The notes under the pieces were generated by a model, which saw nothing but the letters and a program-made list of their open reading frames with translations, was not told where the DNA came from and made no database searches. 64,000 nt of DNA from Azolla caroliniana. Lineage: Eukaryota; Plantae; Polypodiophyta. Position 1 is the stretch's first letter, and each line of letters starts with the position of its first letter. The stretch spans positions 16,182,001-16,246,000 of the forward strand of contig JBHGNT010000005.1 in assembly GCA_043228905.1 (NCBI GenBank). Reading direction: 5' to 3'. Position numbers and translations under genes: made by a program. Below, one piece after another: positions 39,149 through 50,384 of the stretch.

Positions 39149-39579
39149 CAATCTATCAAAATTGATGGGTTTTTGACATGATGGTTGATAACCAAATTGC
39201 AGTGTCTAAGGCCAAGTATGCCAACATTGAGGCTTCAACTTACTGAATGGCAGGCATGTCTGATCTCAAATGCATTTCATATGAATGTTTTCTATTCTAA
39301 GGGTTAGATAACTAGTATATGAATCACATATCCTAGTTGTACCACAACTTAGATAGCTATTCTCCTTGTAATAACGCCAATTAAAGAAATATGAGAAAGC
39401 ACATCTGTTCTGTAATATACATTCGTTGGAGGGAGAAAATACAGAGATCTCTTGTTTTTACATGAGGAGAAGTCCCTCTTTATATAGGCCAAGATCTGGC
39501 CGTTGGGCTAACTAGCTGTTGGAACTAACTAGCCGTTGGGCTAGCCGTTACAACTTTTAAACATTCTCAACACTCCCCC

Positions 39580-42500
39580 TCAAGATGGGTGAAAAATATC
39601 CACTAAGCCCATCTTGTCACACAATCTAGTAAGACTTACTGGCCCAAGTCCCTTTGTAAGACAATCTGCTACTTGATGTTCAGTAGAAACATGACTCAAT
39701 TTTAATATTCCATTATCAAGCTTTTCTTTGATAAAGAACCTGTCGATTTCGATGTGTTTGGTCCTATCGTGCTGTACCGGATTGTTGGCAATGCTGATTG
39801 CTGACTTATTGTCACACCACAACATCATCTGATTTTCTTGATTCACCTTTAGTTCTACTAGGAGAGTTCGCAGCCATAACATCTCCGCAACTCCTATAGC
39901 AATAGCTCTATACTCTGCTTCAGCTGTTGACCTTGCTACTACTGACTGTTTCTTACTCTTCCAAGAGACTAGATTGCCTCCAACAAACATGCAGTATCCT
40001 GATGTGGATTTTCTGTCATCAGCACAACTGGCCCAATCAGAATCACAATAGCCCTCAATTTTAAAATGACCATATTTTCTGAAGATTAATCCCTTCCCTG
40101 GGGCACCTTTGAGATATCTCAGAATATGGTACACTGCATCCATATGATCTTTCCTCGGATCATGCATGTAGCGACTTACCACACTTACTGCAAATGAGAT
40201 ATCTGGACGGGTGTGGGTCAAATAAATCAGCCGACCTACCAATCTTTGATACCTTTCACGATCAACTTTCTCTCCCGCAAGTTCAGTTAGCTTGATCTTT
40301 TGGTCGATTGGAGAAGCTACAGGCCTACAACCCAACATTCCAGTTTCTTTGAGAAGATCAAGTACATATTTTCGCTGAGATAGAACAACTCCTTCTGCTC
40401 CACGAGCTACCTCAATTCCAAGAAAGTAGCGTAGCAATCCTAGATCCTTCACCTCAAACTCTTTACCCAATTGCATCTTCAGTTGGGCAATTTCTCCTTC
40501 ATCGTTACCTGTGATAATTATATCATCCACATACACAGCAAGCAATGTAGTATGGTCCTTGTGTTGTCGAAAGAACACTGTATGGTCTGCATTCGTCTGT
40601 TGGTATCCCATACCCACCATAGCCCTTCTTAACCTGTCAAACCAGGCTCGAGGAGATTGCTTTAGTCCATAAAGCGACTTCCTAAGTTTGCAAACCTTAC
40701 CTACTGTTTGAATTGTACCGAAACCTGGGGGAACATCCATGTACACTTCCTCCATCAACTCTCCATGAAGGAATGCATTTTTTACATCTAATTGATGTAA
40801 TTTCCAATCCTTATTCACTGCTAAGGAAATAAGTGTTCTAACAGTGCTCATCTTCGCCACAGGTGCAAAAGTCTCATCATAGTCAATGCCATATGTCTGA
40901 CTATATCCTTTAGCCACCAATCGTGCCTTGTATCGATCTATTTTTCCCTCTGGGGTCTGTTTTATTGTAAACACCCATTTGCACCCAACCGCCTTCTTTC
41001 CCGGTGGTAGTGACACAATCTCCCAAGTTTTGTTCTTCTCAAGAGCTCCGAGTTCTTCTTGCATGGCTGCTTTCCATTTTGGATCTTCTTTAGCAACCTG
41101 CCAACACTTGGGTAAAGTGACAGAGTCTAATGATGCAATGAATGCTCTATGTGTAGCTGATATGTTAGAATAAGAGATAAACTGAGCAATATCATGAGGA
41201 AAACCATAACGATCAGGAGGGACCCCTGCATTACTGCGAGAGGTCCTCCTAATCTCGATAGGAGAAGGAGAGGAAATCATATCACCTGTGATTTCTAGGT
41301 TCGGGAGTTCTGTAGGTATTTCAGAAGTCGAGGCAGGTCGGGACATGGAACTTGATGGCACATGTGGTGCTGAAGACGTGTTCACATTTCCGTCTTTCTG
41401 CCTCCTCTTCCTTGTATACACCTTTAGCTCCCCCTCAACTTGAGTCCCAACACATATAGGCTCCTCGTCTTCGTTTCCTTCTTCTTCCGTACCTCCTACG
41501 CTCACTTCTTTCTCAGCTGATGTAGGGATCAGCAAAGGAATTGATCCTATTTTTAGCAACCTCTCACAATTATCTCCTTCCCTCATATTTTCAGTCTGAA
41601 TTAAGTCATCAAAGGGTGAAGTTACCCCTTGTTTATAATATGACTCTGACTCTCTGAAATGCACATCCATGCTCACAAATAATCTCTTCTCTACTGGACT
41701 CCAGCAAACATAGCCTTTTTGTGTGGCAGAGTATCCCACAAATACACATTTTACAGCTTTAGGATCAAGTTTTCCTACTGATGGTCTATTGTCCTTTACA
41801 AAACACACACATCCAAACACCTTCAAAGGAAGGATTCCAGAGTTATTGCCTTGCAACAACTCACATGGAGACTTCCACTCCAATACTCTAGAGGGCATTC
41901 TATTGATCAATGTGGCAGCCGTCAAAACTGCCTGTCCCCACAACTGCTTTGGGACATTCATAGAAATCATCATGCTTCTCGTTACCTCTAGAAGATGTCT
42001 ATTCTTCCTCTCTGCTACTCCATTTTGTTCTGGTGTATATGGGCATGTAGTTTGATGTTGTATTCCTTGATCTGAGAGGTATGCCCTAAATGTCATGTTA
42101 GCATACTCTGTTCCATTATCAGACCTCAACACTTTTACTACTGCACCATATTGAGTTTGAACTGCTCTATGAAAATCTTTAAAACAAGCAAATACTTCAT
42201 TCTTTTTCCTCATCAAATATAACCAAGTCACACGAGAGAAGCAGTCAATGAAAGAGACAAAATATCGATATCCATTAATAGAACTTGTGGGACATGGTCC
42301 CCAAACATCGGAGTGTATTACATCAAATGCATGGGAACTCCTATGACCCGAACTAGCATATGAACTTTTAGTAAGCTTACCAAATTCACATGCATCACAA
42401 ACAAGTTTTGTTTTATCCGCCTTTTCAAAAAGGTGTGGATACACCCGACTCAAAATGCCATAAGAGGCATGTCCCATGCGTTGGTGATGAAGTATTAACA

Positions 42501-44049
42501 AGTCCTCATAACTCATTCTAGATCCCCTTACATCTATTCCCTCTACCATAGATGCTAATGCTGAATCCAGCCCTTCACGATCCAAATACCATAGTCCACT
42601 ATGCCATGTGCCAGTCCCAAGTCTCCGACCTGTCCCTTTCTCCTGGAATATCACCTTGGGAATATCAAAAGAAACAACACATTTTAGTTGGTGTATGATA
42701 GAACTTATAGATAATAAGTTTACTGGGAAAGAAGGAGCATGCAACACATTAGACAATGTCACAGAGTCGGTACATTTTACTGTACCTATACCCACTACAG
42801 GTTGTATAGTACCGTCAGCAATTTGAATGCTTTCTGGCATTGATAAGTGAGTATATGAGGAGAATTCACTAGCATTACCCGTCACATGCCTAGATGCACC
42901 AGAATCAATTATCCATTCTGGTGTAGAGGCAAGAGTATTTGTGTTGCTAGTACTTGTGGCCGAATAAGCATAGGTGGCAGTGTTACCTCTTGAGATGAAT
43001 GAAGTATCATCTGCGGCTCTTTGCTTCCTCCTAAGTATTTCTAAGAGAGCTTGATCCTCTTCGGTGAATACCACCTTAGTTCCTTCCTCTTCTTTTGCTA
43101 CCATCAAGTTTGCTTGGTAACCTCCTCGTGCACCTCTTCGGCCCCCTCGACCACGACCTCTAGTTTGTCCACGTCCTCCATATTCTCTCTCCTTAGATGG
43201 TTTAGGGCAAGCATTCTTGAAATGACCAGCTTCACCACAATTGTAGCATTTTCGATTTTCACTTCCGCTTGTATTGGACACCATTAGTGCCGATCGTACC
43301 CCTGGAAGTCCGGTAGTGTCAGAGAGCAGCTTCATTCTACTCTCCTCTTGTATCATAGTCGCGATTGCCTCATCAAGTGTAGGAATTTCTGCCTTAGCTA
43401 GAAGAACTGCCCTTCTTTGATCAAATGACGGGTTGAGATGTTTCAAAAATTGCATAGTTCTTCTTTGAGCAGAAATTTCCTTGCTCTTACACTGAGGATC
43501 ATTGCACACTGTCACAGGCGAGAAATGATCGTATTCTGCCCATAGACGCTCCAACTCTATGGCATATTCCTGGACCATCCTATCTCCCTGGCAAACAGCA
43601 TCAATCTCCTGCTCGATTTGAAATACTCTCATGTTGTTTCCCCTCCCTGCATACGTCTTTTGCAATTTCTCCCATATCTCCTTTACACTTAAAATTCCAT
43701 CAACTGTTGTGGCGATTGATGGAATCATGGAGTTTAGGAGCCACGTGTACAATGACATGTGGGTAGCTCTCCATGCTTTCCATTCATTGCTCGTTTTGAT
43801 AGGAGGCTCTTTCTCTTCTCCCGTAAGGTAGCCGTCAAGGCTTCTTCCTGCCAAGGCACCTATAATCCGACGCGACCAGCTCAAGTATGTGGCTGGTCCA
43901 TCGAGTTTGAACTCAACTGGGAGGAGTTCAAGTCGGGGTGGTGGTTGCATTCCTGTCACACCTCCAGATGCTACTATCTCAGCCTGTTTCATGTATTTCA
44001 CCAATGTTTTCACCTCATCTTCATTCAATTTTGAGAACACATCATCCAT
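39580..44049 (-). CDS. Uninterrupted Gag-Pol polyprotein (1489 aa)
   Basis: CCHC knuckle CYNCGEAGHFKNAC, protease WIIDSGAS, integrase HHCC and DDE, RT YVDD, RNase H DSDW/EAEY/CDN, in copia order. Confidence 0.97.
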   Translation of the reverse strand: MDDVFSKLNEDEVKTLVKYMKQAEIVASGGVTGMQPPPRLELLPVEFKLDGPATYLSWSRRIIGALAGRSLDGYLTGEEKEPPIKTSNEWKAWRATHMSLYTWLLNSMIPSIATTVDGILSVKEIWEKLQKTYAGRGNNMRVFQIEQEIDAVCQGDRMVQEYAIELERLWAEYDHFSPVTVCNDPQCKSKEISAQRRTMQFLKHLNPSFDQRRAVLLAKAEIPTLDEAIATMIQEESRMKLLSDTTGLPGVRSALMVSNTSGSENRKCYNCGEAGHFKNACPKPSKEREYGGRGQTRGRGRGGRRGARGGYQANLMVAKEEEGTKVVFTEEDQALLEILRRKQRAADDTSFISRGNTATYAYSATSTSNTNTLASTPEWIIDSGASRHVTGNASEFSSYTHLSMPESIQIADGTIQPVVGIGTVKCTDSVTLSNVLHAPSFPVNLLSISSIIHQLKCVVSFDIPKVIFQEKGTGRRLGTGTWHSGLWYLDREGLDSALASMVEGIDVRGSRMSYEDLLILHHQRMGHASYGILSRVYPHLFEKADKTKLVCDACEFGKLTKSSYASSGHRSSHAFDVIHSDVWGPCPTSSINGYRYFVSFIDCFSRVTWLYLMRKKNEVFACFKDFHRAVQTQYGAVVKVLRSDNGTEYANMTFRAYLSDQGIQHQTTCPYTPEQNGVAERKNRHLLEVTRSMMISMNVPKQLWGQAVLTAATLINRMPSRVLEWKSPCELLQGNNSGILPLKVFGCVCFVKDNRPSVGKLDPKAVKCVFVGYSATQKGYVCWSPVEKRLFVSMDVHFRESESYYKQGVTSPFDDLIQTENMREGDNCERLLKIGSIPLLIPTSAEKEVSVGGTEEEGNEDEEPICVGTQVEGELKVYTRKRRQKDGNVNTSSAPHVPSSSMSRPASTSEIPTELPNLEITGDMISSPSPIEIRRTSRSNAGVPPDRYGFPHDIAQFISYSNISATHRAFIASLDSVTLPKCWQVAKEDPKWKAAMQEELGALEKNKTWEIVSLPPGKKAVGCKWVFTIKQTPEGKIDRYKARLVAKGYSQTYGIDYDETFAPVAKMSTVRTLISLAVNKDWKLHQLDVKNAFLHGELMEEVYMDVPPGFGTIQTVGKVCKLRKSLYGLKQSPRAWFDRLRRAMVGMGYQQTNADHTVFFRQHKDHTTLLAVYVDDIIITGNDEGEIAQLKMQLGKEFEVKDLGLLRYFLGIEVARGAEGVVLSQRKYVLDLLKETGMLGCRPVASPIDQKIKLTELAGEKVDRERYQRLVGRLIYLTHTRPDISFAVSVVSRYMHDPRKDHMDAVYHILRYLKGAPGKGLIFRKYGHFKIEGYCDSDWASCADDRKSTSGYCMFVGGNLVSWKSKKQSVVARSTAEAEYRAIAIGVAEMLWLRTLLVELKVNQENQMMLWCDNKSAISIANNPVQHDRTKHIEIDRFFIKEKLDNGILKLSHVSTEHQVADCLTKGLGPVSLTRLCDKMGLVDIFHPS

Positions 44050-44211
44050 CTTGTCAACTTGGCCTATCTCTGCTTTCCTCTTCTGACTTTTTTTCCCAAG
44101 TCACCTCTCAATCACATAGCAATGTCATCCCAAATGAAACAAAAATCCCCCTTTCCTCTCTTGAATGCTAGGACAGTGCTGTTCCAATCACTGTCATTTC
44201 AGCAGAAGGGT

Positions 44212-44280
44212 AGATCTAGGGTTCTGCAGAGGACAGATCTAGGGTTTTGCAGAGGACAGATCTAGGGTTTTGCAGAGGGG
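44212..44280. repeat. Three 23-bp tandem repeats in the retroelement leader
   Basis: AGATCTAGGGTT(C/T)TGCAGAGG.. at 44212, 44235 and 44258. Confidence 0.92.
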
Positions 44281-44398
44281 CGGATCTATGCTCTGATACC
44301 ATAAAGAAATATGAGAAAGCACATCTGTTCTGTAATATACATTCGTTGGAGGGAGAAAATACAGAGATCTCTTGTTTTTACATGAGGAGAAGTCCCTC

Positions 44399-44472
44399 TT
44401 TATATAGGCCAAGATCTGGCCGTTGGGCTAACTAGCTGTTGGAACTAACTAGCCGTTGGGCTAGCCGTTACA
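44399..44472 (-). promoter_or_regulatory. LTR promoter: TATA box plus four MSA-like AAC(G/A)G motifs
   Basis: Minus strand TGTAACGGCTA, CCCAACGGCTA, TCCAACAGCTA and CCCAACGGCCA lie upstream of CCTATATAAAG. Confidence 0.6.
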
Positions 44473-44700
44473 ACTTTTAAACATTCTCAACACCAATGAT
44501 ACACTACTATCACAAAGATCTTATGCACAAATCCTCCTAGGTAAAAACATACCAAGCTTGCAAAGAATGTGACCATGAACTCAAGGAGAAACTTGGTATG
44601 GGTGTTTAGGGCCTATTAGAACCTATCAATAATTTCTTTGAGACTCTATCCCTAAAGAAACTATCATGAATATCGTTGAGAGACAAGCTCAACTTGTGTG

Positions 44701-45491
44701 TAGCAATGGGCTCGGTTCGGTTTCGGTTCGGTTCGGGCCTTGAAACCAAACCAAACCATTTATTTATAATAAAAACCAAACCAAACTGTTTAAAATTTAT
44801 GAAGTTATTTAAACCAAACCATTTGTGGAAAATTTAGAACCAAACCAAACCATTTTTTAGAGATATTGATTATCATACATATATGAATTTGTGTGAAAAA
44901 ATCATCATAAATTTGGTCATCATACTTATCATAAATTTAGGAATTTGGTAAATTCACAGTTTTTTTCGTATTTTCCCAGTTTTTTTTTTGAGTTCAGAAA
45001 TATGATTATTTGCACTACAAGTGATAGCCAGATTCCATCCCCCCAAAAAAACTGTGAAAATATGGAAAAAACTGTGAATTTACCAATTTCCTAAATTTAG
45101 TTATTATACTTATCATAAATTTGGTCATCATGCATGTTATAAATTTGGTCATCATATGTACTTATCATAAATTTGATAATCATAAATCAAAAGGAGACTC
45201 TACATATAATGCATATAAAATTTAATAGGTTAGAGCCTAGAAGTTTAAAATTAAAAGTTGAAAGTTAGAGCCTAGAGGTGAAAATTAGGAATATTTTTTA
45301 AGCTATAAACCTTTAAACCGAAACCGATTAACCGTTAAACCATGAAATTCAAAACTAAACCAAACCGAAACCAAACTGGATAATAACATTTGAAACCAAA
45401 CCAAAAGGTTTATTTATCTTTAAACCAATAAACCATTAAGCCACGGTTTAACGGTTCGGCTCTATTTGAGCCGAAACCGGGCCCATTGCTA
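44701..45491. mobile_element. Non-autonomous hAT-type DNA transposon (MITE), 791 bp
   Basis: TIR TAGCAATGGGC(T/C)CGGTT, 8-bp TSD CTTGTGTG (44693-44700 / 45492-45499), many subterminal AAACC(G) repeats, no ORF. Confidence 0.92.
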
Positions 45492-46438
45492 CTTGTGTGT
45501 GTATAAATGGAAGTGTGTGACAACAAACCTTATTGTAAACTGTGTAAAGTATGTAATAACACGAGACACTAGATTTGATATCCAGTTAGCCGTTCAGAGT
45601 TAGTGCAATCAAAGAATACTAAGATATGCTTATGACAAATCGTGCTCATGTGTAAGTATAGCCATAGACTTAACCAAGCATTGAATGTGGTTGGTGTATT
45701 CGAACATGTATATAATGTCGACAATGGCTTATTGTAATTTGGAGGATTAATGAATCTTTTCCTCTTGTGCTTAATAATTTCATTCCCCCTCGGGAATGTC
45801 TATATTGAACAATCCCTAACTCTCTTCTCAACTTCTCTCCTCTCATATACATTCACGCAACACATTGTTTCCGGATAAATAAATAGGAAACCCTATTTAT
45901 TTACAAATATCATTAGCCTTTCAATCAATATATGCCAGACCATGAAAGTGAAGGGAAATATAATTTATTCAAGTGGGAAGAGAGGCCCATCATGGATGTT
46001 CCTCATTTGATAAGGTTGTATTATGGAAGGGTTTGAAGGTAGTGAAGAGTATGTCAATAGCGATTACATTGTTAGCATGTGAAATTGCAATGTTTTCAAG
46101 AAGATTTTGTGTCAAGGCAAATGCACAATCCATGAAGTAAGAATAAGATCTTGAATCTAGGAGAGTATAGGCAAGGACTTGATGGCATTTAGAGCTACTA
46201 ACTTATGCATCAAAAACCCCTCTAACTTGATTCTGGATTGACTCCATAAATTCTGGGTTATCCAACCAAATGGCTCTTATTTTGATTGGATTTCGTTTAA
46301 CAATTCATGTAATTGGCTTAGAACTTCAAACTGATTTGGTGGTACATGGCTATTAGGATTGCTAGATGTAATTAGAGAATCAACATCAGATTCAATATAA
46401 GATTTAATTAGATTGATTGGAATAATTTATTGTTGTGT

Positions 46439-47205
46439 TGTCGTGATGTGTTGAGCACACATGAGGAAATGAGTTAAACTAAAAATATATAAAAGATCAA
46501 AGGATAGAAAGGAATGAGACAAGATAAATTTATGTAACAAAAATACTTAGCTCAATTGTCAAAGAGCTTACCTTATGAACTAATGGTCAAGAGTTCAAAT
46601 CTAGTAAATGGATGATATTGTAAAAACAAAAGAGATATTTAGTCTCGAGGTCAAGTGCTACTAAAACAAAATTACTATTTTGGTAAGGGCTCTCTTTAAA
46701 ACCTATACACGGGAGAGGAGAGCTCATTGTCAGGGATTGAATTTTGAATCAAGGTGGAAGTGTTGCCGAAATTTTGAATGAGTTTGAAGTAGCAAATCAA
46801 AAGGGCGTTAGAAATCAACAATGACAAGGGGCAGCGAAGTTGTGTTGTTGGTCTCCAAAATAGAAACTTGAGGATATTACTCCAAAGCTCTACTCGTAAT
46901 TCCTACATCTCTATCTTCTATTAGTCTTGCATTTCAATCCACTCCATGTAACAAAGTCCGCAATTGTCTTGTCTATATTTAGACTGATCTTTGACGTAAT
47001 CCGTTTTTGGTATTCATATAAATCAATTTTATAAATCTGCTATCTAGTGTTATTCTCAATTAGACAAGGATGCATTAGAAATTTCGGTGCCAAATTTCGA
47101 GCTTGGACTGTAAACATACACGGATTCGGAGCAAGATTCATGAAAATACAAGCCCTCAAATTACCACATCAAGAAACTCGCACCGCGAAGGGAGGGGTTG
47201 TCGCA
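46439..47205 (+). mobile_element. Putative decayed TGTCG-type solo LTR with a tRNA-like cassette at 46548-46601
   Basis: Starts TGTCGTGATG. TAGCTCAATTG with a GCTC/GAGC D-stem, and GAGTTCAAATC. Right end uncertain; flanks GTGT/ATGT. Confidence 0.45.
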
Positions 47206-47246
47206 ATGTTCGTTTTGGAATTTTCAAATCATGATTCCGACCATTG

Positions 47247-48260
47247 ATAGATAGATAGATTATATTATCGTCTTCGGAGGTCAAATATGACCTATGAGAC
47301 CAAAAATATTACATTTCACGTGATGCGTGTGAAAGTGAGTAGCGACTCTCGATGTTCAAAAACTTTACCAATGAATGTTGCAATCGAGAGTGCACATTGT
47401 GGTTGTGAGAGAAATTCATGCAAGGATTGGGCTTGGTCGAAGAGATGTGGAAAGCATGGTCGAATATGATCAAGTGCAGAACATTGTATCAAAGTGTGGT
47501 ACTCAAACTCGCGAACTTGTTTAGGGCAAAGTGTGCATATCCGACCACTCTCATCACTTGTGCACCAACGCCATGTCTCACATCGCAATGCATGTGAGCT
47601 AAGTCGCATGGAAGCAATGGTTCGAATAGCAGATAACTGTATGGCAAATGTGTACGGTTTCCTCGTTTCGCAAAGAATATGGTTTTGTAGTTAGGTGCAA
47701 CATGTGTAGTATAATGTGTGAAGCGTGAGCCTCCACATTTGTCCCATGTCATGATACATTGGTGTTGCAAAAAGGCCTCATTTATAGAGGAATCTAGTGA
47801 TGCATCATGAAGCAAGTGTCTCACATCCCATCTACCAAACCATTTTTCTATATCTTGCATCCAACCAAAACACAAAATTTTGCTTTTATGCGTCTTTTGG
47901 ATCTTTTTGCTTGCTTCCCACGCAATTCTAGGAAGTCAATGTGAGGGACTTTTTTGAACCTTAAGCATGTATTCAACAACCCTTTCCATGACCATGATCT
48001 CAATGGGAAGCGATCCCGTCTCAAGGAGGAGGAGGGTGTAGGATGTTTGTTTCTTAACTTGTAGAAACTTTGTAAGAAAATGTTTTTGGATATTTTCAAA
48101 CTCTTTCCACATAGATTTAGGGATGCTACCGCCACATACTTCCACCCCATAGAGAAGAACCGGTGTCACCAAAGTGTCGAAAAGATATTTCTTGAGGACC
48201 CAACACTTAATATCTCCAAGATTGCATGTGTTCTCAAATGCATAGGGCAATGAGTTCATG
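47247..48260 (-). mobile_element. 5'-truncated LINE (RTE-like 3' end) with a (CTAT)n tail
   Basis: PVLLYGVEV, RLSSHALRCET and RICTLC...EYHTLIQC motifs. GATA repeats at 47247. Confidence 0.8.
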
Positions 48261-48534
48261 CTTATTCAATTTTTTTGACATTTTAATATTCTATGGCAAA
48301 AGATTGGCACATAGTAGATGGGTTACCAATTCGATTAAAGATGATGGATACCATGTTATATAGATATGTATACAATATGATTGAGGTCATATTTATATAA
48401 ATAATAGTTTCCCCCCATGGTGGTTGGGGAGAGAAGTTGAATAAACATGTTGTTCTACTAAAAGAGAGAGGGAGACAAGGAGGAGAAAAAGAAGAGGAGA
48501 GCTTTTTTTTGCTATTGCGGTCTCCATTGTCAAA

Positions 48535-48994
48535 GTTAATTTGCAGAAGCTTTGACAAACCGGTTCACTCGGATAGCAACAAAAAATACACACACGTTTA
48601 TTAGAAGCTTGAATAACACAGATAGAGAGCAGGAGAGACAGAGAGAGCAGAACAACATAAACTCAATTCAAAATAATACTTTGTACATACAAATGTCCTA
48701 CAGAACACTTTTTATACAAGTCCTTAAAAGGACTGACAGAAGTACTGACATGTACTTCAATGCTCATACGAGCGACTAACACTAACTCCAAGGAGTATGC
48801 CTACGTACTAGGCTCGGGCAGTAGGCTCCAATAGCTTACCGGTTCTCACTATTCCGGAGAACGATCTGGTTCTCCAATCTGGCTCTAGGTTCCGGATACC
48901 GATACGGGTACCTATCCGCTTCTCCGTTCCGGATATCGATCCGGCTTTGGCTTATTCAGCCGATCTAGATCCGGTTGAGCTTGTCTGCTCAACA
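48535..48994 (-). mobile_element. Solo LTR of the element-E family
   Basis: Reverse-complement similarity to 30364-30776. Left end approximate. Confidence 0.7.
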
Positions 48995-49509
48995 CTATCA
49001 GTGACGAAATTTGGCACACAGACATTCATTGGAAAGCTCTTTGTAAGAGCTTAAGGTAGCAGGTTCAATTCTTATTTGAGGCCATATCATGACATTGTCC
49101 CCCACTTTGAACAATGAGTATTACAAATTGTCTTTAGTTGAGGTCCTGGTTTGTCAAGATATTGTAGATGAAATTCCTCAAAATGGCTCGAGCATTTGCA
49201 ACATTCTCTGTCAGTTCCCAAGTCTTGCTCAGACTATATCCTAGTCAGTCCACCAAATAATGGAAAGAAAGAAAGAAAGAAATATTATTGGGCTATGAGA
49301 CAATTGGTGTACAACAAAATGGGGTATTTATCCAATCATCAAAACTAAAAAAATAAAATAGAAATAGAACTTAAGCTAAAAGAGTTCTAGTATTTTACAA
49401 AACGTGGTATGGTCTAACACACCCGATAAAGGAAATGACTTTGCACTAAGCCTAATTTCATTTCCACCCAAGCCTCTCGAAAAGAAGTGGGAGGTCAAAG
49501 GGTTTTGGT

Positions 49510-50130
49510 GTGGGTGTGACCCGTGGTCCTGGTGTAGAGAGTGCCCCATGCATGGCTTCTAGGCGGTGTAGCTCACGTTCCCTTATTTTCTTAATTGCTT
49601 CTACACCACATCAAGTTGCTTTGAAACCCGACATCCAAGGGCATTTGGTTCTTCTTTGGTTTTCTATTTCATCAAGGAAGAGGCCGAGTGGTGCAGGTGT
49701 GTGGACATTCGTTGTCTCCCCCTGTCCCTGAAAAACTTCATTTGTTACATGTTGGTGAATATTAGAAAGTTTATTGCCAACATTTTGTAGCTTATTCTCT
49801 CTGTGTTGTTTTAGCTCTAGGATATATCTGCCTAATTTCATTATATCTAAAGGATCTAATAGTTTGGGGAGGGTGGGAGAGGAACCGAGTATGTCTCGGT
49901 ATTTTGCCCTTATCTCGGTGTAAGTTGGACACTTGCATGTAAAGTGGTACTCATCCTTTATCTCTATGTGACATAGTCTACATATCCTTTCCTCTCTAGG
50001 GACTCTATTAGTACGACCATTCTAAATCTCAAGTTGGTGAGATGATGTCATATGGTATCCTATCAAGTTGGACACTTGCATGTAAAGTGGTACTCATCCT
50101 CTATCTCTATGTGACATAGCCCACATAGTC
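49510..50130 (-). mobile_element. LINE 3' fragment with a short internal duplication, fused to a copia protease fragment (50130-50266)
   Basis: LCHIEI(E/K)DEYHFTCKCPT is encoded twice (about 49921-49980 and 50064-50128). The adjacent sequence matches 19822-19960. Confidence 0.65.
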
Positions 50131-50384
50131 CGACATGGCTTAAAGGGGCTTCTCCGACATGCACGATGGGGTGAGGAGTGTCGTCTCCAGTTTCGACAAA
50201 TCTCGGTTGCTCTGGTTTTTCCAGAAACGAGAACCACACTTCGTGGCTCGTCATGTGGCTAGACACTATCGTGAAAATCCGTCACTATGTGCGGATCGTG
50301 AGGCGGAACCTCCAGGGTTATGGGAAGGAATAGGGCTCACACCCACAACACAAGGAAGGCTTACACAAACAAGGCACGAGTATT

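Larger units (their letters stand above)
39382..44492 (-). mobile_element. Intact Ty1/copia retrotransposon (Ale-like architecture), 5111 bp
   Basis: Identical 191-bp LTRs (44302-44492 and 39382-39572), TSD CCAAT (39377-39381 / 44493-44497), tRNA-Met PBS ending at 44301, PPT AGGGGGAG next to 39572. Confidence 0.97.

Noticed and set aside
36403-44435. Short ORFs overlapping the PPR and Gag-Pol genes
   Set aside because: Antisense or alternate-frame shadows of long coding sequences.
45500-46430. Possible decayed coding sequence
   Set aside because: No sustained frame or recognisable motif, so left unannotated.
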